Shown here piece by piece: positions 1-8,992 of a DNA stretch of 23,110 nucleotides. Source of the stretch: Chlorobiales bacterium (GTDB taxonomy: Bacteria > Bacteroidota > Chlorobiia > Chlorobiales > JACMJS01); assembly GCA_014380515.1 (NCBI GenBank), contig JACMJS010000015.1, forward strand, positions 1-23,110. Reading direction: 5' to 3'. The notes beneath the pieces are model-generated. The model saw only the letters and a list, made by a program, of their open reading frames with translations. It had not been told where the DNA came from and made no database searches. The first letter of the stretch is position 1. Every line of letters starts with the position of its first letter. Position numbers and translations under genes: made by a program.

Positions 1-1201
1 AGATTTGCGGACGGCGCTTGCGCGGCTTGAAGAGTCGCGGGCGCAGGTGCAAGTTTCGCGGTCATTTTTGTATCCGTCGGTGCGGCTTGAACCTTCCGCG
101 CTGCGCCAAGAATTTTCGGCGAATCGTCCGAATCCCGCGCCCATTGTGCTCACGAGTGTTACCGTGAACACGTTTAATCTGCCAGTCAATGTGAGTTACG
201 AATTGGACGTGTGGGGCCGCGTGCGGCGGTCGCTCGAATCGGCTAGCAATGATTTTCAAGCGTCGGCGGCGGACTATGAATCGGTGCGGCTTTCGCTGAC
301 CTCGGAAGTCGCGCGGAATTATTTTCTGTTGCGCGGCCTCGATACGGAGCAAAAAATTTTGGAGCGGACACTGGCAGCGCGCAAGCAAAGTCTTGATCTT
401 GTGCGGTCGCGGGTTCAAGCGGGCATCGTTACGGAGCTAGACTTACGGCAGGCGGAAACCGAACTGGCGACGGCGGAATCGCTGTTGCTCGATTTACAGC
501 GCAGCCGTACGGAGTACGAACTGACGCTCTCGGCACTTTGTGGATTTTCGGCTTCCGTTTTTTTGGTGGCGGCGGATACATTGCGCGGACTTCCGGCGTC
601 GTTGCCCGTGTCGGTGCCGTCGGATATGCTGACGCAGCGGCCCGATGTGGCGCGGGCGGAATTTTTGATGGCTTCGGCCAATGCACAGGTCGGCGTCTCG
701 GTCGGTACACTGTTGCCGCGGGTGAGCCTGACCGCCTCCGGCGGTTTTCAAAGTTCAGACCTCAGCAAATTGGTTAGCAGCGACAGCCGCACATGGTTGA
801 TTGGCGTCGGCGTTTCCGTGCCGCTCTTCGAAGGGTTTCGAAATCTGTCGAACATCTCGGCGGCGAAATCGCGTTACGAACAGTCGCTTGGACAGTACCG
901 GCAAACGGTGCTCAATGCGTTTAAGGAAGTGGAGACGGTGTTGATGAATTTGAAATTGCGGGCGTCGCAAAGCGCGGTGCAGGCGCGGGCGGTTACGGCG
1001 GCGCGGCAATCGGCGGCACTCGTGCGCGAGCGATACACGAAAGGTTTAGTGAATTATCTTGACGTGGTCAATGCCGAGCGTACCGCGCTAGACGCGGAAC
1101 GGCAGGCGACGCAGATTTTAAGTCAGCGTCTGGTTTATAGCGTCTTACTTGTCAAAGCGACGGGTGGCGGCTGGAACACGTCGCAACTGCCGACGAAGTA
1201 A
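1..1201 (+). CDS. Outer membrane efflux protein (TolC/OprM/NodT family), C-terminal ~400 aa; 5' end lies outside the window
   Basis: The ORF is open to the window start and stops with TAA at 1199-1201. The translation shows the two-repeat helical/coiled-coil architecture of OEP-family proteins (LDLVRSRVQAGIVTELDLRQAE...; later YLDVVNAERTALDAERQ). It has the typical C-terminal 'TGGGWN' ending. Confidence 0.8.
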   Translation, partial: DLRTALARLEESRAQVQVSRSFLYPSVRLEPSALRQEFSANRPNPAPIVLTSVTVNTFNLPVNVSYELDVWGRVRRSLESASNDFQASAADYESVRLSLTSEVARNYFLLRGLDTEQKILERTLAARKQSLDLVRSRVQAGIVTELDLRQAETELATAESLLLDLQRSRTEYELTLSALCGFSASVFLVAADTLRGLPASLPVSVPSDMLTQRPDVARAEFLMASANAQVGVSVGTLLPRVSLTASGGFQSSDLSKLVSSDSRTWLIGVGVSVPLFEGFRNLSNISAAKSRYEQSLGQYRQTVLNAFKEVETVLMNLKLRASQSAVQARAVTAARQSAALVRERYTKGLVNYLDVVNAERTALDAERQATQILSQRLVYSVLLVKATGGGWNTSQLPTK

Positions 1202-1441
1202 TGTTGACCGGAGATGTATTGCCACCTGCGTTCTTGCAGAAGATTCCCGCTCGCGGGCGGGAATGCAGATACGCCCCGCACTGAACTGGGACAGAAAAAT
1301 TATCCGTTTCGACAACTAGGAAAGCTATCTAACATAGCGGCTGACGTGCTTCGTAGAAATATTCGTCCTGAAAAGCCCCACACATCGCCAAACCGAAAAG
1401 CATTAGCTGTAAGACCATAACTCTTCTATTGAGAAATACCT

Positions 1442-2311
1442 GTGAACAAAAATATTCCAACATATCAATTAAACATTCTATCAAAACATGATGGAGATAC
1501 GTTGGATGTTTTCCTGTTAAATAAAAGATTAGAGGTACCAACAAAGCGCATTGATATTCCTTATCGAAGCAATTACTACAAAATAGGTCTTTGTCTTCGA
1601 GGAAGAGCTGAATTAAAAGCCAACTTAGAAACTTATACCGTAGAGTCTAATTATTTGGTAACAATGTCTCCACACATTATCAAACAGTGGACATTTATGT
1701 CAGATGATTTTGACTCGTTAAATATTTTTTTTACCAAAGACTTCATTACTTCTAACAACAACCTCAATCTTGACAGATTTCCATTTTTTGAAAGCGTCGC
1801 CAGACATGCTTTTCAAATATCCGCTGCACAATCGGAAAATATCGTTGCGTCCTTTAATTTTTTACAACAGAAATACGACGCGCCTCATGCTTACAGAAAT
1901 GAGATATTAAAAAATCTCATCAACAGTTTGCTGTATGAAATAGCATCCATTTATGACCGGCAACCTGCTCTATCGAATTCCGTGCGAACGAGAAGTCAAT
2001 TATTGGCATCTGATTTTAAGAAGTTGGTAAATGTTCACTGCTCAACGGAAAGAAGTGTAACATTTTATTCTGAAAAACTTTTTTTAACATCTAAACATCT
2101 CACCGAAACTGTAAAAGAAGTAACCGGAAAAACAGCAAGCGGATGGATAGAAGAAACGGTAATTTTAGAAGCTAAGGTGTTGTTACAAAATCCGTCTTTA
2201 ACTATTTCACAAATTTCTGATACACTTCACTTTGCCGACCAATCCACCTTCGGCAAATTTTTCAAAAAAAGCACCGGCCTTTCACCGGTTGCATACAGAC
2301 AAGCTTCCTAA
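1442..2311 (+). CDS. AraC-family transcriptional regulator (N-terminal ligand-binding/cupin-like domain plus C-terminal AraC HTH)
   Basis: GTG start at 1442. The C-terminus (TISQISDTLHFADQSTFGKFFKKSTGLSPVAYRQAS) is a canonical AraC/XylS HTH signature. The gene is strongly AT-rich (about 30-35% GC) relative to its neighbours. Confidence 0.8.
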   Translation: MNKNIPTYQLNILSKHDGDTLDVFLLNKRLEVPTKRIDIPYRSNYYKIGLCLRGRAELKANLETYTVESNYLVTMSPHIIKQWTFMSDDFDSLNIFFTKDFITSNNNLNLDRFPFFESVARHAFQISAAQSENIVASFNFLQQKYDAPHAYRNEILKNLINSLLYEIASIYDRQPALSNSVRTRSQLLASDFKKLVNVHCSTERSVTFYSEKLFLTSKHLTETVKEVTGKTASGWIEETVILEAKVLLQNPSLTISQISDTLHFADQSTFGKFFKKSTGLSPVAYRQAS

Positions 2312-2426
2312 AAAATCCCTTTCCGACTTTTTGCCCAACTTTACCGCCATTTTGCCATTTCACGCGCCTATACAATGTGGTAGCTTTGCATCATAAATTT
2401 TAAGCAAAGTGAAAGCAACTACCACA

Positions 2427-3317
2427 ATGATGAAAGTAATCGTAACCGGTTCGTTAGGACACATCAGCAAGCCGCTAACTCAAGAGTTAGTGCAAAAAGG
2501 GCATCATATTACAGTTATCAGCAGCAATTCTGAAAAACAAAAAGACATCGAAGCCTTGGGTGCTACCGCTGCTATCGGCTCCTTGGAAGACATTGATTTT
2601 CTTACAGCCGCTTTTGCCGGTGCTGATGCCGTGTATTGTATGATTCCGCCAAACAACTACTTTGATCCGAACCTTGATTTAATGGCGTATTACCGGAGAA
2701 TCGCGGGTAACTACGCACAAGCCATCGGGCAGGCGGGCGTAAAGCGTGCGGTTTATCTCAGCAGCATTGGTGCTCATTTAGAGAAAGGTTCAGGTATCCT
2801 CATCGGTCATTATTATGGAGAAGGTATTATGAATACTCTTTCTGATGTTGCCATCACTTTCATGCGTCCTGTTGCTTTCTACTATAATTTATATGGCTAT
2901 GTAGATATGATAAAAAAGGCAGGCTTTATCGGAGCCAACTACGGCGCAGATGATATAGTACCGTGGGTTTCGCCGGTAGATATTGCGGCGGCGATTGCTG
3001 AAGAGCTCCAAGAGCCTGCTAGCGGCAGAAAAGTGCGGTATGTGGCAAGCGAAGAACTGACGTGCAACGAAGTGGCAAGTATCTTAGGTGCCGCTATCGG
3101 CAAGCCTGATTTGAAGTGGATTATTATTTCCAACGAACAGATGCTAGGTGGCTTGAAAGGGGCGGGTATGGTGCCGGAAATTGCTGCCGGTTTAGTTGAA
3201 ATGTACGCCAGCCAGCATAACCGTCTGCTAGATGAAGATTATTACCGTAATAAACCCAAGGTTATGGGAAAAGTAAAGATGGCCGACTTTGCAAAGGAGT
3301 TTGCTGCTGCTTTTTAA
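2427..3317 (+). CDS. NmrA-like / atypical SDR NAD(P)H-binding protein, paralog 1
   Basis: N-terminal Rossmann motif MKVIVTGSLGHISKPL. The ORF is open from 2409 (MKATTTMM...), but the paralog at 5013 starts at MKIIVTGS, so the true start is probably the ATG at 2427 or 2430. It shares about 70-75% identity over its full length with ORF 5013..5891 (identical blocks GADAVYCMIPPN, AGFIGANYG, VRYVAS, CNEVASILGAAIGKPDLKW, DFAKEFAAAF). Confidence 0.8.
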   Translation: MMKVIVTGSLGHISKPLTQELVQKGHHITVISSNSEKQKDIEALGATAAIGSLEDIDFLTAAFAGADAVYCMIPPNNYFDPNLDLMAYYRRIAGNYAQAIGQAGVKRAVYLSSIGAHLEKGSGILIGHYYGEGIMNTLSDVAITFMRPVAFYYNLYGYVDMIKKAGFIGANYGADDIVPWVSPVDIAAAIAEELQEPASGRKVRYVASEELTCNEVASILGAAIGKPDLKWIIISNEQMLGGLKGAGMVPEIAAGLVEMYASQHNRLLDEDYYRNKPKVMGKVKMADFAKEFAAAF

Positions 3318-3364
3318 CAAGTGTTGTTTCTAGGGAAAATACTATTAGCAGCAAAACGAAACAT

Positions 3365-4255
3365 ATGCATACTCAGATAAGCATCACCACGCCTGCAGAC
3401 TTCAATTTTGAATCCACGCTTAACAGCCATGGTTGGGAACGGCTTGAGCCTTTCTCACTGAATCGAGAGGATCAGGTTTTGACGCGAATCGAGCGTTTGC
3501 CATCGCAACTCGCGCGTCTGGAGATAACGCATGACGACAAAATCAATGTTACGATTCATAGCGAAACCCAGCTTAGCAAAGAAGACAAAGCCTATGTCAT
3601 AGAGTTCATCACGCACTGCTTTTCCTTCCATTGGGACATGAGCAGATGCTATGCGAAAGTCGCGGGCGATACCACGTACAAGTTCATTAAAGAGGAGCGG
3701 CTGGGTAGATTACTTCTCGCCCGCAGCATGTGGGAGAATCTGGTTAAAACGCAGTTCCTCACAAACACCCATGCCAGACACACCACGGCGATGGCCGCGA
3801 AATTCTGTACCCTCGGCGATCCCTTTGGTGAGAAGCACGCTTTTCCAACGCCCGAACAAGTACTCGCTAAGAGCGCGGATGAATTGGCAAAGCAAACAGG
3901 CACGGGCTACCGCGCAAAGTACATTCGCAGCCTAGCAGAAGCCATCGCATCCGGCTTCGACCCGGAATCGTTGCGGAATCCCGCGATCAGTTATGAGGAC
4001 ATCTATGAAAAGGTCAAGGCACTCCACGGCTTTGGTTCGTACAGTGCCAGCTACGTCCTCAAACTTCTGGGGCGCTTCGAGCGGATTAGTATAGACACCG
4101 TGATGCGGCGCTACTTCAAAGAGATCACCGGGCAAGCGCATGCCACTGATGATGATATTAATGCCTATTACGATCGCTTCGGTGAGTGTAAAGGTTTGGT
4201 TGCGTGGTGGGAAGTATCGCGCCGCGCCGATCAGAAAGGTGAACTATCTTTTTAA
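3365..4255 (+). CDS. HhH-GPD superfamily DNA glycosylase (AlkA / Ogg-like)
   Basis: A helix-hairpin-helix Gly-rich hairpin (ALHGFGSYSASYVLKLLGR) is followed by the conserved catalytic Asp context (ISIDTVMRRYF, compare the VDTHV motif of the family). The N-terminal about 100 aa resembles the AlkA/Ogg N-terminal domain (FNFESTLNSHGWERL). It sits directly upstream of an AlkB homolog. Confidence 0.65.
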   Translation: MHTQISITTPADFNFESTLNSHGWERLEPFSLNREDQVLTRIERLPSQLARLEITHDDKINVTIHSETQLSKEDKAYVIEFITHCFSFHWDMSRCYAKVAGDTTYKFIKEERLGRLLLARSMWENLVKTQFLTNTHARHTTAMAAKFCTLGDPFGEKHAFPTPEQVLAKSADELAKQTGTGYRAKYIRSLAEAIASGFDPESLRNPAISYEDIYEKVKALHGFGSYSASYVLKLLGRFERISIDTVMRRYFKEITGQAHATDDDINAYYDRFGECKGLVAWWEVSRRADQKGELSF

Positions 4256-4298
4256 ACACCTCAGTTGATTAGGAATTAACAATAAAGGGAGATAGAGC

Positions 4299-4931
4299 AT
4301 GATTAGTTTGCCAACCAAAATAGAGCCGCCCGTTCAGTTTTATCCGGCTTTTCTAAACACGGGCGATAACTTCGCTTGGTTTCAAAAGTCCCAACAACTC
4401 GAATGGAGTCGGGGCGAAATCAATATGTATGGAAAATCAATTCTCGTACCGCGCGATGAATCCCTATTTGGTGATGGCCTGCGCTACCAATATCGAGGCA
4501 AAAAGATCGAAGCCAATCCTTGGCCCGATTTCTTGCTTACAGCCCGCGACCGCATTCACGCCTTGAGCGGATACCTGTTCAACTTCGCCGTTGGCAATCG
4601 CTACCGGACAGGCAAAGACTCGATTGGCTGGCACTCCGATGATTTTCCTCAAATAGGTAAGAGACCTGCCATCGCCTCTTTAAGCTTAGGCAGCACTCGC
4701 CTTTTTAAGTTGCGGCACAAGGAGAGCGGTCAAACGGTTGATTACCACTTAGAGAGTGGGTCTTTGTTGATCATGCTTCCCGGCTGCCAAGAAGACTGGA
4801 TACACGCGGTTCCAAAAACCGCTCGTCCGGTTGGCGAACGAATCAACTGGACGTTTAGGCCACACGTAGATGCGGTCGGGAATGGTGAGCAAAAACCAGA
4901 CGATATTCCCCGCCCTCTTTTAGATATTTAG
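4299..4931 (+). CDS. alkB: AlkB-family 2OG-Fe(II) dioxygenase (oxidative DNA/RNA demethylase)
   Basis: Strong SD (AAAGGGAG) sits 8 nt upstream of the ATG. The Fe-binding HxD motif (GWHSDDF) and second His (DWIHAVPK) are present. The 2OG-binding RxNxTFR motif (RINWTFR) and the AlkB-typical block NRYRTGKDSIGWHSD plus LGSTRLFKLRH are present. Confidence 0.85.
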   Translation: MISLPTKIEPPVQFYPAFLNTGDNFAWFQKSQQLEWSRGEINMYGKSILVPRDESLFGDGLRYQYRGKKIEANPWPDFLLTARDRIHALSGYLFNFAVGNRYRTGKDSIGWHSDDFPQIGKRPAIASLSLGSTRLFKLRHKESGQTVDYHLESGSLLIMLPGCQEDWIHAVPKTARPVGERINWTFRPHVDAVGNGEQKPDDIPRPLLDI

Positions 4932-5012
4932 GGAAAAATACGTTTGGCAGGAAAAGATCATTGTCATCATTTAGGAAAGATGTCTAATCACACTATGTAA
5001 AACGAGACAGCC

Positions 5013-5891
5013 ATGAAAATAATAGTAACGGGTTCGTTAGGACATATCAGCAAGCCACTGACAAAGGAACTCGTGCAAAAAGGTCATCAGGTTACGGTGA
5101 TCAGCAGCAATAGGGAAAAGCAGAAAGACATCGCGGCCTTGGATGCTACCGCGGCCATCGGTTCGCTTGAAGATGTTGATTTTCTGAAGCGGGCTTTTAG
5201 TGGGGCTGATGCGGTGTATTGCATGATACCGCCGAACTTTGGTGAGCCCAACCAAGTAGCCTATTACCGTAGAATCGGCAGCAACTATGCACGAGCGATT
5301 GGGCAGTCGGGCATCAAGCGCGTGGTTCATCTGAGTAGTTACGGTGCTCATTTAGAAAAGGGCACCGGATTCATCCTCGGTTCTCACCATGTAGAAGGCA
5401 TTTTGAATGAACTTTCAGATATAGCTATTACCCATCTCCGGCCTGCTTACTTCTACTACAATCTTTACAACTTTGCAGATATGATAAAAGGGGCGGGCTT
5501 TATTGGTGCAAACTACGGTGGCGATGATAAGATGGTCATGGTTCACCCAAACGATATTGCCGCTGCCGCTTCGGAAGAATTAGAAACACCTGCCACAGGG
5601 AAACAAGTGCGGTATGTGGCCAGCGATGAGCATACTTGCAACGAAGTGGCGAGCATCTTAGGCGCGGCTATCGGCAAGCCGGATTTAAAATGGGTAACCT
5701 TTACCAATGAGCAAATGCAAGAGGGTATGGAAAAGAGAGGTATGCCAGCATCTCTTGTCGCCAACTTTGTTGAGATGGGCACCAGCACCCACAGCGGTGC
5801 AATGCGGGAACACTATGAACTGCATAAGCCGGTTGCTATGGGAAAAGTAAAGACGGAGGATTTTGCAAAGGAATTCGCCGCTGCGTTCTAA
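5013..5891 (+). CDS. NmrA-like / atypical SDR NAD(P)H-binding protein, paralog 2
   Basis: MKIIVTGSLGHISKPLTKELVQKGH... It is collinear with and highly similar to the 2427..3317 product. Confidence 0.8.
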   Translation: MKIIVTGSLGHISKPLTKELVQKGHQVTVISSNREKQKDIAALDATAAIGSLEDVDFLKRAFSGADAVYCMIPPNFGEPNQVAYYRRIGSNYARAIGQSGIKRVVHLSSYGAHLEKGTGFILGSHHVEGILNELSDIAITHLRPAYFYYNLYNFADMIKGAGFIGANYGGDDKMVMVHPNDIAAAASEELETPATGKQVRYVASDEHTCNEVASILGAAIGKPDLKWVTFTNEQMQEGMEKRGMPASLVANFVEMGTSTHSGAMREHYELHKPVAMGKVKTEDFAKEFAAAF

Positions 5892-6015
5892 AAGGTGATT
5901 GGCATGTTGTCGCAGACGCATGCGCGGTGAATTTTTCCGGCGCAATGGCTGTTGCCATGTCGCCTCACCAAACTACCGCAAGACATTTTTGCTCTAACCT
6001 AAACATCATTTAACC

Positions 6016-6492
6016 ATGACAACCATTTCCGACATCACCGTCAAAACCATGGACGGCAAAGAAAAATCGTTGGGCGATTACAAAGGCAACGCCTTGCTCA
6101 TCGTCAATGTGGCTTCGAAGTGCGGATACACGCCGCAATACACCGGCCTTGAGAAACTTCACGAAACTTACAGCGGTAAAGGCTTGCGCGTGCTGGGATT
6201 CCCCTCGAATGATTTCGGCGGCCAAGAGCCGGGCACGAACGAAGACATCATGCAGTTTTGCACGACGAACTACGGCGTCAAGTTCGATATGTTCGATAAG
6301 GTGCACGCCAAAGGTTCGGAGCAACATCCGCTCTACCGGGCACTCTCCCAAGCCGAACCGAAAGGCGACGTCGCATGGAACTTCGAAAAGTTTTTGATCG
6401 ATAAGGAAGGCAACGTCGTTTCGCGTTTCAAAAGCGGCGTCGCGCCCGATGCGCCGGAACTCAAAGCCGCGATTGAAAAAGTACTTGCATAA
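6016..6492 (+). CDS. Glutathione peroxidase family protein (Cys-type GPx/BtuE-like)
   Basis: Catalytic motif VNVASKCGYT (Cys, not Sec). Family blocks LGFPSNDFGGQEPG, WNFEKFLIDKEGNVV. A rho-independent terminator follows. Confidence 0.9.
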   Translation: MTTISDITVKTMDGKEKSLGDYKGNALLIVNVASKCGYTPQYTGLEKLHETYSGKGLRVLGFPSNDFGGQEPGTNEDIMQFCTTNYGVKFDMFDKVHAKGSEQHPLYRALSQAEPKGDVAWNFEKFLIDKEGNVVSRFKSGVAPDAPELKAAIEKVLA

Positions 6493-6528
6493 TTTGCTGG
6501 CGTAATTTTTTTTTACATCGCCGAATAA

Positions 6529-6560
6529 AAAAGCCCGTTGCAATGACGGGCTTTTTGTTT
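6529..6560 (+). terminator. Rho-independent terminator of the gpx-like gene
   Basis: AAAAAGCCCGTtgcaatgACGGGCTTTTTGTTT: a GC-rich 8-bp stem, 7-nt loop and U-tract. Confidence 0.8.
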
Positions 6561-6708
6561 AGACATATTCAAGCCACGGCTTCGTCCCGCTTCGTTAGCG
6601 CGGTTGAAAATGTTTCGCGCGGGTGTAGAAACTCTTATCCGGCACTTCGCATAGAAGGTGTCAGGATTCACCGCCCTGTCGGTGGATTATTCTAAACAAT
6701 ATCAAATT

Positions 6709-8631
6709 ATGCAAACCAGTCAGGTTATCCTCGTTGCTCTGGGTGTGGGGCTACTCATCGCGCTCATTTTTCACCAATTCATCTTCCGCATCTTCGGCGT
6801 CGTCATTGTGCCCGAAGATAAAATCGGACTCGTAACCAAGAAGTTCGTGCTCTTCGGCGAGAACCGCGCCTTGCCGAACGGCAGGTTCATTGCGGTGAAT
6901 GGCGAAGCGGGCTTTCAAGCCCAGACGCTCACGCCGGGCATGTATTTTTGGAAATGGATTTGGCAATACAGCATCAAACTGCAACCGCTCTTGGTGATTC
7001 CTTCCGGCAAGATCGGACTTGTCGTCGCCAAAGACGGTGCGGAAATCGAAACCGGACGTATTCTCGCGCGGCGCGTCAGGTGCGATTCGTTTCAGGACGC
7101 GGCGGCGTTTCTGCAAAACGGCGGACGCAAAGGTCGTCAATCGTCATACATCACCGCGGGCACTTACCGCATCAACGCTTATCTCTTTGACGTGGTGATT
7201 GCGGAGATGACCGAGGTCGCTGAAGATATGGTCGGCATCGTTACCACGCTGGATGGCGAGCCGATTGAGGCCGGACAAATCGCGGGCAAACCGGTCGAGG
7301 CGCATGGCAACTTTCAAAACGCCGAAGCGTTTCTCGCGGGCGGCGGCAACCGCGGGCTGCAGCAGCAGGTCATTCTTGCGGGTTCGTACAACCTCAATCC
7401 GTGGTTCGTTAAACTCGAGCAAGTCAAGATGACGGAGATTCCGATCGGCCACGTCGGCGTGGTGATTTCATATGTCGGCGCGGACGGCCAAGACCTCAGC
7501 GGCATAGAGTTCAAGCACGGCAACATCGTGGCGAAAGGTCAGAAGGGCGTGTGGGCCGAGCCGCTAGGACCCGGCAAGTATCCGGTCAACCGTTATGTGA
7601 TGAAAGTGGAACTCGTGCCGACGACGAACCTCGTGCTCAACTGGGCAACGGCGCGAAGCGAATCGCATCAGTTGGATAAAAATCTGTCGACCATCACCGT
7701 GCGCTCGCGCGACGGCTTTCCGTTCAACTTGGATGTCTCGCAGATTATTCACATTCCGGCGACGGAAGCCCCGAAGGTCATCGCGCGGTTCGGCAGCATG
7801 AACAACTTGGTCAGCCAAGTGCTCGAGCCGACGATTGGCAACTACTTCCGCAACTCGGCGCAAGATTCGGATGTGATTTCGTTTTTGGGCACGCGCAAAG
7901 AGCGTCAGGAATCGGCGCGAAAACATATTTCCGACGTGCTCGATCAATACAACGTCAACGGCGTCGATACTTTGATTGGCGACATCGTGCCGCCGGAATC
8001 GCTCATGAAAACGCTCACCGACCGCAAACTGGCCGAAGAGCAAAAGACGACCTACGAAACGCAGAAGCTCGCGCAGGAAACGCGGCAGTTGCTCGAGAAG
8101 GAAACCGCCATCGCCGACATTCAAAAGGAAATCGTGAAGGCAGATCAAGGCGTGCTCATCTCTGAAAAAATTGCGGATGCGTCGGTAAAGAAAGCCAACG
8201 GTGAAGCGGCGAGCGTGCGAGTGCAATCGAACGCCGAAGCCGACCGCGTGAAAGTGCTCGCGGGTGCGGAAGCCGAACGGGTCCGGGCGATTGCGGGCGC
8301 GGAATCCGAACGCATCACGCTGACGGGCAGCGCGGAAGCCGGAAAGATTTTGGCCGTCGGTAAATCGAACGCGGAATCGTACCGGTTGCAAGTGGAGGCG
8401 ATGGGCGGCGCGAACTTCGCGCAGTATAAAGTGGCGGAGATTATCGGCAAGGAACACATCAAGGTGATGCCCGATGTGCTCATCACCGGCGGCGACGCAG
8501 GCAACGGCAGTATCAACGGCTTGTTGGGACTGAAACTTTTGGAATCGTTTTCCAAAACCATCGCGCCGGAAGCCAAGTCTCACTCAAGTGCCGAGCCGAA
8601 GCAATTGAGCGGCGACCGTAAAGACGACTAA
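6709..8631 (+). CDS. SPFH/band-7 domain membrane protein, flotillin-like (single N-terminal TM, internally duplicated SPFH-core segment, C-terminal Ala/Glu-rich 'EA-repeat' region)
   Basis: The ORF is open from GTG 6658, but the ATG at 6709 (MQTSQVILVALGVGLLIALIF) sits right before the TM helix. Repeated segments are DGAEIETGRIL...FQDAAAFLQNGGRKGRQ / DGEPIEAGQIAGKPVEAHGNFQNAEAFLAGGGNRGLQ / GADGQDLSGIEF. The C-terminus (AEADRVKVLAGAEAERVRAIAGAESERITLTGSAEAGKILA) is typical of the flotillin/YqiK family. Confidence 0.75.
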   Translation: MQTSQVILVALGVGLLIALIFHQFIFRIFGVVIVPEDKIGLVTKKFVLFGENRALPNGRFIAVNGEAGFQAQTLTPGMYFWKWIWQYSIKLQPLLVIPSGKIGLVVAKDGAEIETGRILARRVRCDSFQDAAAFLQNGGRKGRQSSYITAGTYRINAYLFDVVIAEMTEVAEDMVGIVTTLDGEPIEAGQIAGKPVEAHGNFQNAEAFLAGGGNRGLQQQVILAGSYNLNPWFVKLEQVKMTEIPIGHVGVVISYVGADGQDLSGIEFKHGNIVAKGQKGVWAEPLGPGKYPVNRYVMKVELVPTTNLVLNWATARSESHQLDKNLSTITVRSRDGFPFNLDVSQIIHIPATEAPKVIARFGSMNNLVSQVLEPTIGNYFRNSAQDSDVISFLGTRKERQESARKHISDVLDQYNVNGVDTLIGDIVPPESLMKTLTDRKLAEEQKTTYETQKLAQETRQLLEKETAIADIQKEIVKADQGVLISEKIADASVKKANGEAASVRVQSNAEADRVKVLAGAEAERVRAIAGAESERITLTGSAEAGKILAVGKSNAESYRLQVEAMGGANFAQYKVAEIIGKEHIKVMPDVLITGGDAGNGSINGLLGLKLLESFSKTIAPEAKSHSSAEPKQLSGDRKDD

Positions 8632-8656
8632 CAGCGAAGCGTATTGCATCAACACA

Positions 8657-8690
8657 AAAGCCCGTCATCACGACGGGCTTTTTGTTTTCG
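8657..8690. terminator. Bidirectional rho-independent terminator between convergent genes
   Basis: AAAAGCCCGTCatcacGACGGGCTTTTTGTTTT. A-run on one side and T-run on the other. It lies between the + strand SPFH gene and the - strand HEPN/MNT pair. Confidence 0.75.
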
Positions 8691-8725
8691 AAAAGTAGCA
8701 GGTAGCGCGGGTTGCAGTGAGTTTT

Positions 8726-8992
8726 CTAGTCTTGTGATTGCGGTTGCGGCAACGCATGAACGGCAATCCGATGACCATGCTCGATCAATATTTCAGTGCT
8801 GCGCTTCGCCACGAAATCAAGCAACAATAGATCACGGTCTTCGTCGTCGGGCGCGGTTACCGAAACCCAAACATCAGCGGAGTCTTCGGGACTTGTTTCA
8901 ATGCCGATGAGCGAGACCTCAGGAAAGTGCTTTTGAATATCGCTTAGCAAGGCATCTATCAACTGCCGTTGAAGTTGGCTTGTGGTATTCAT
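8726..8992 (-). CDS. Small protein resembling a catalytically degenerate minimal nucleotidyltransferase (MNT-like, putative antitoxin partner of the HEPN gene)
   Basis: Its ATG overlaps the stop of the upstream HEPN ORF by 4 nt (ATGA). The segment LIDALLSDIQKHFPEVSLIGIETSPEDSADVWVSV aligns in spacing with the NTase core hG[GS]x9-13[DE]h[DE]h, but with GS->GI and DxD->DvW substitutions. Confidence 0.5.
   Translation of the reverse strand: MNTTSQLQRQLIDALLSDIQKHFPEVSLIGIETSPEDSADVWVSVTAPDDEDRDLLLLDFVAKRSTEILIEHGHRIAVHALPQPQSQD

Noticed and set aside
1244-1266. Hairpin ATTCCCGC-tcgcgg-GCGGGAAT after the TolC-like gene
   Set aside because: It is possibly a terminator, but no U-tract follows and the stem is short. 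It is not called as a feature.
5890-5965. Apparent inverted repeat (TGGCATGTTGTCGC ... GCTGTTGCCATGTCGCC) between NmrA paralog 2 and the GPx gene
   Set aside because: On alignment the arms are only partially complementary. It is not convincing as a structured element.
7564-8583. 339-aa ORF antisense to the SPFH gene (similar long antisense ORFs occur at 6010-6543, 11874-12593, 16273-16917, 17067-17837, 20922-21359 and 21643-22143)
   Set aside because: All lie fully inside well-supported genes on the other strand. Their translations are Arg/His-rich and low-complexity with no family signatures. This is typical of stop-codon depletion on the antisense strand of high-GC coding DNA.
8644-8910. 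+ strand 88-aa ORF overlapping the MNT-like gene
   Set aside because: The minus-strand ORF has an ATGA overlap with the HEPN gene and an NTase-like motif spacing. The + ORF translation (Arg/Ser/Cys-rich) has no features and would run into the bidirectional terminator.
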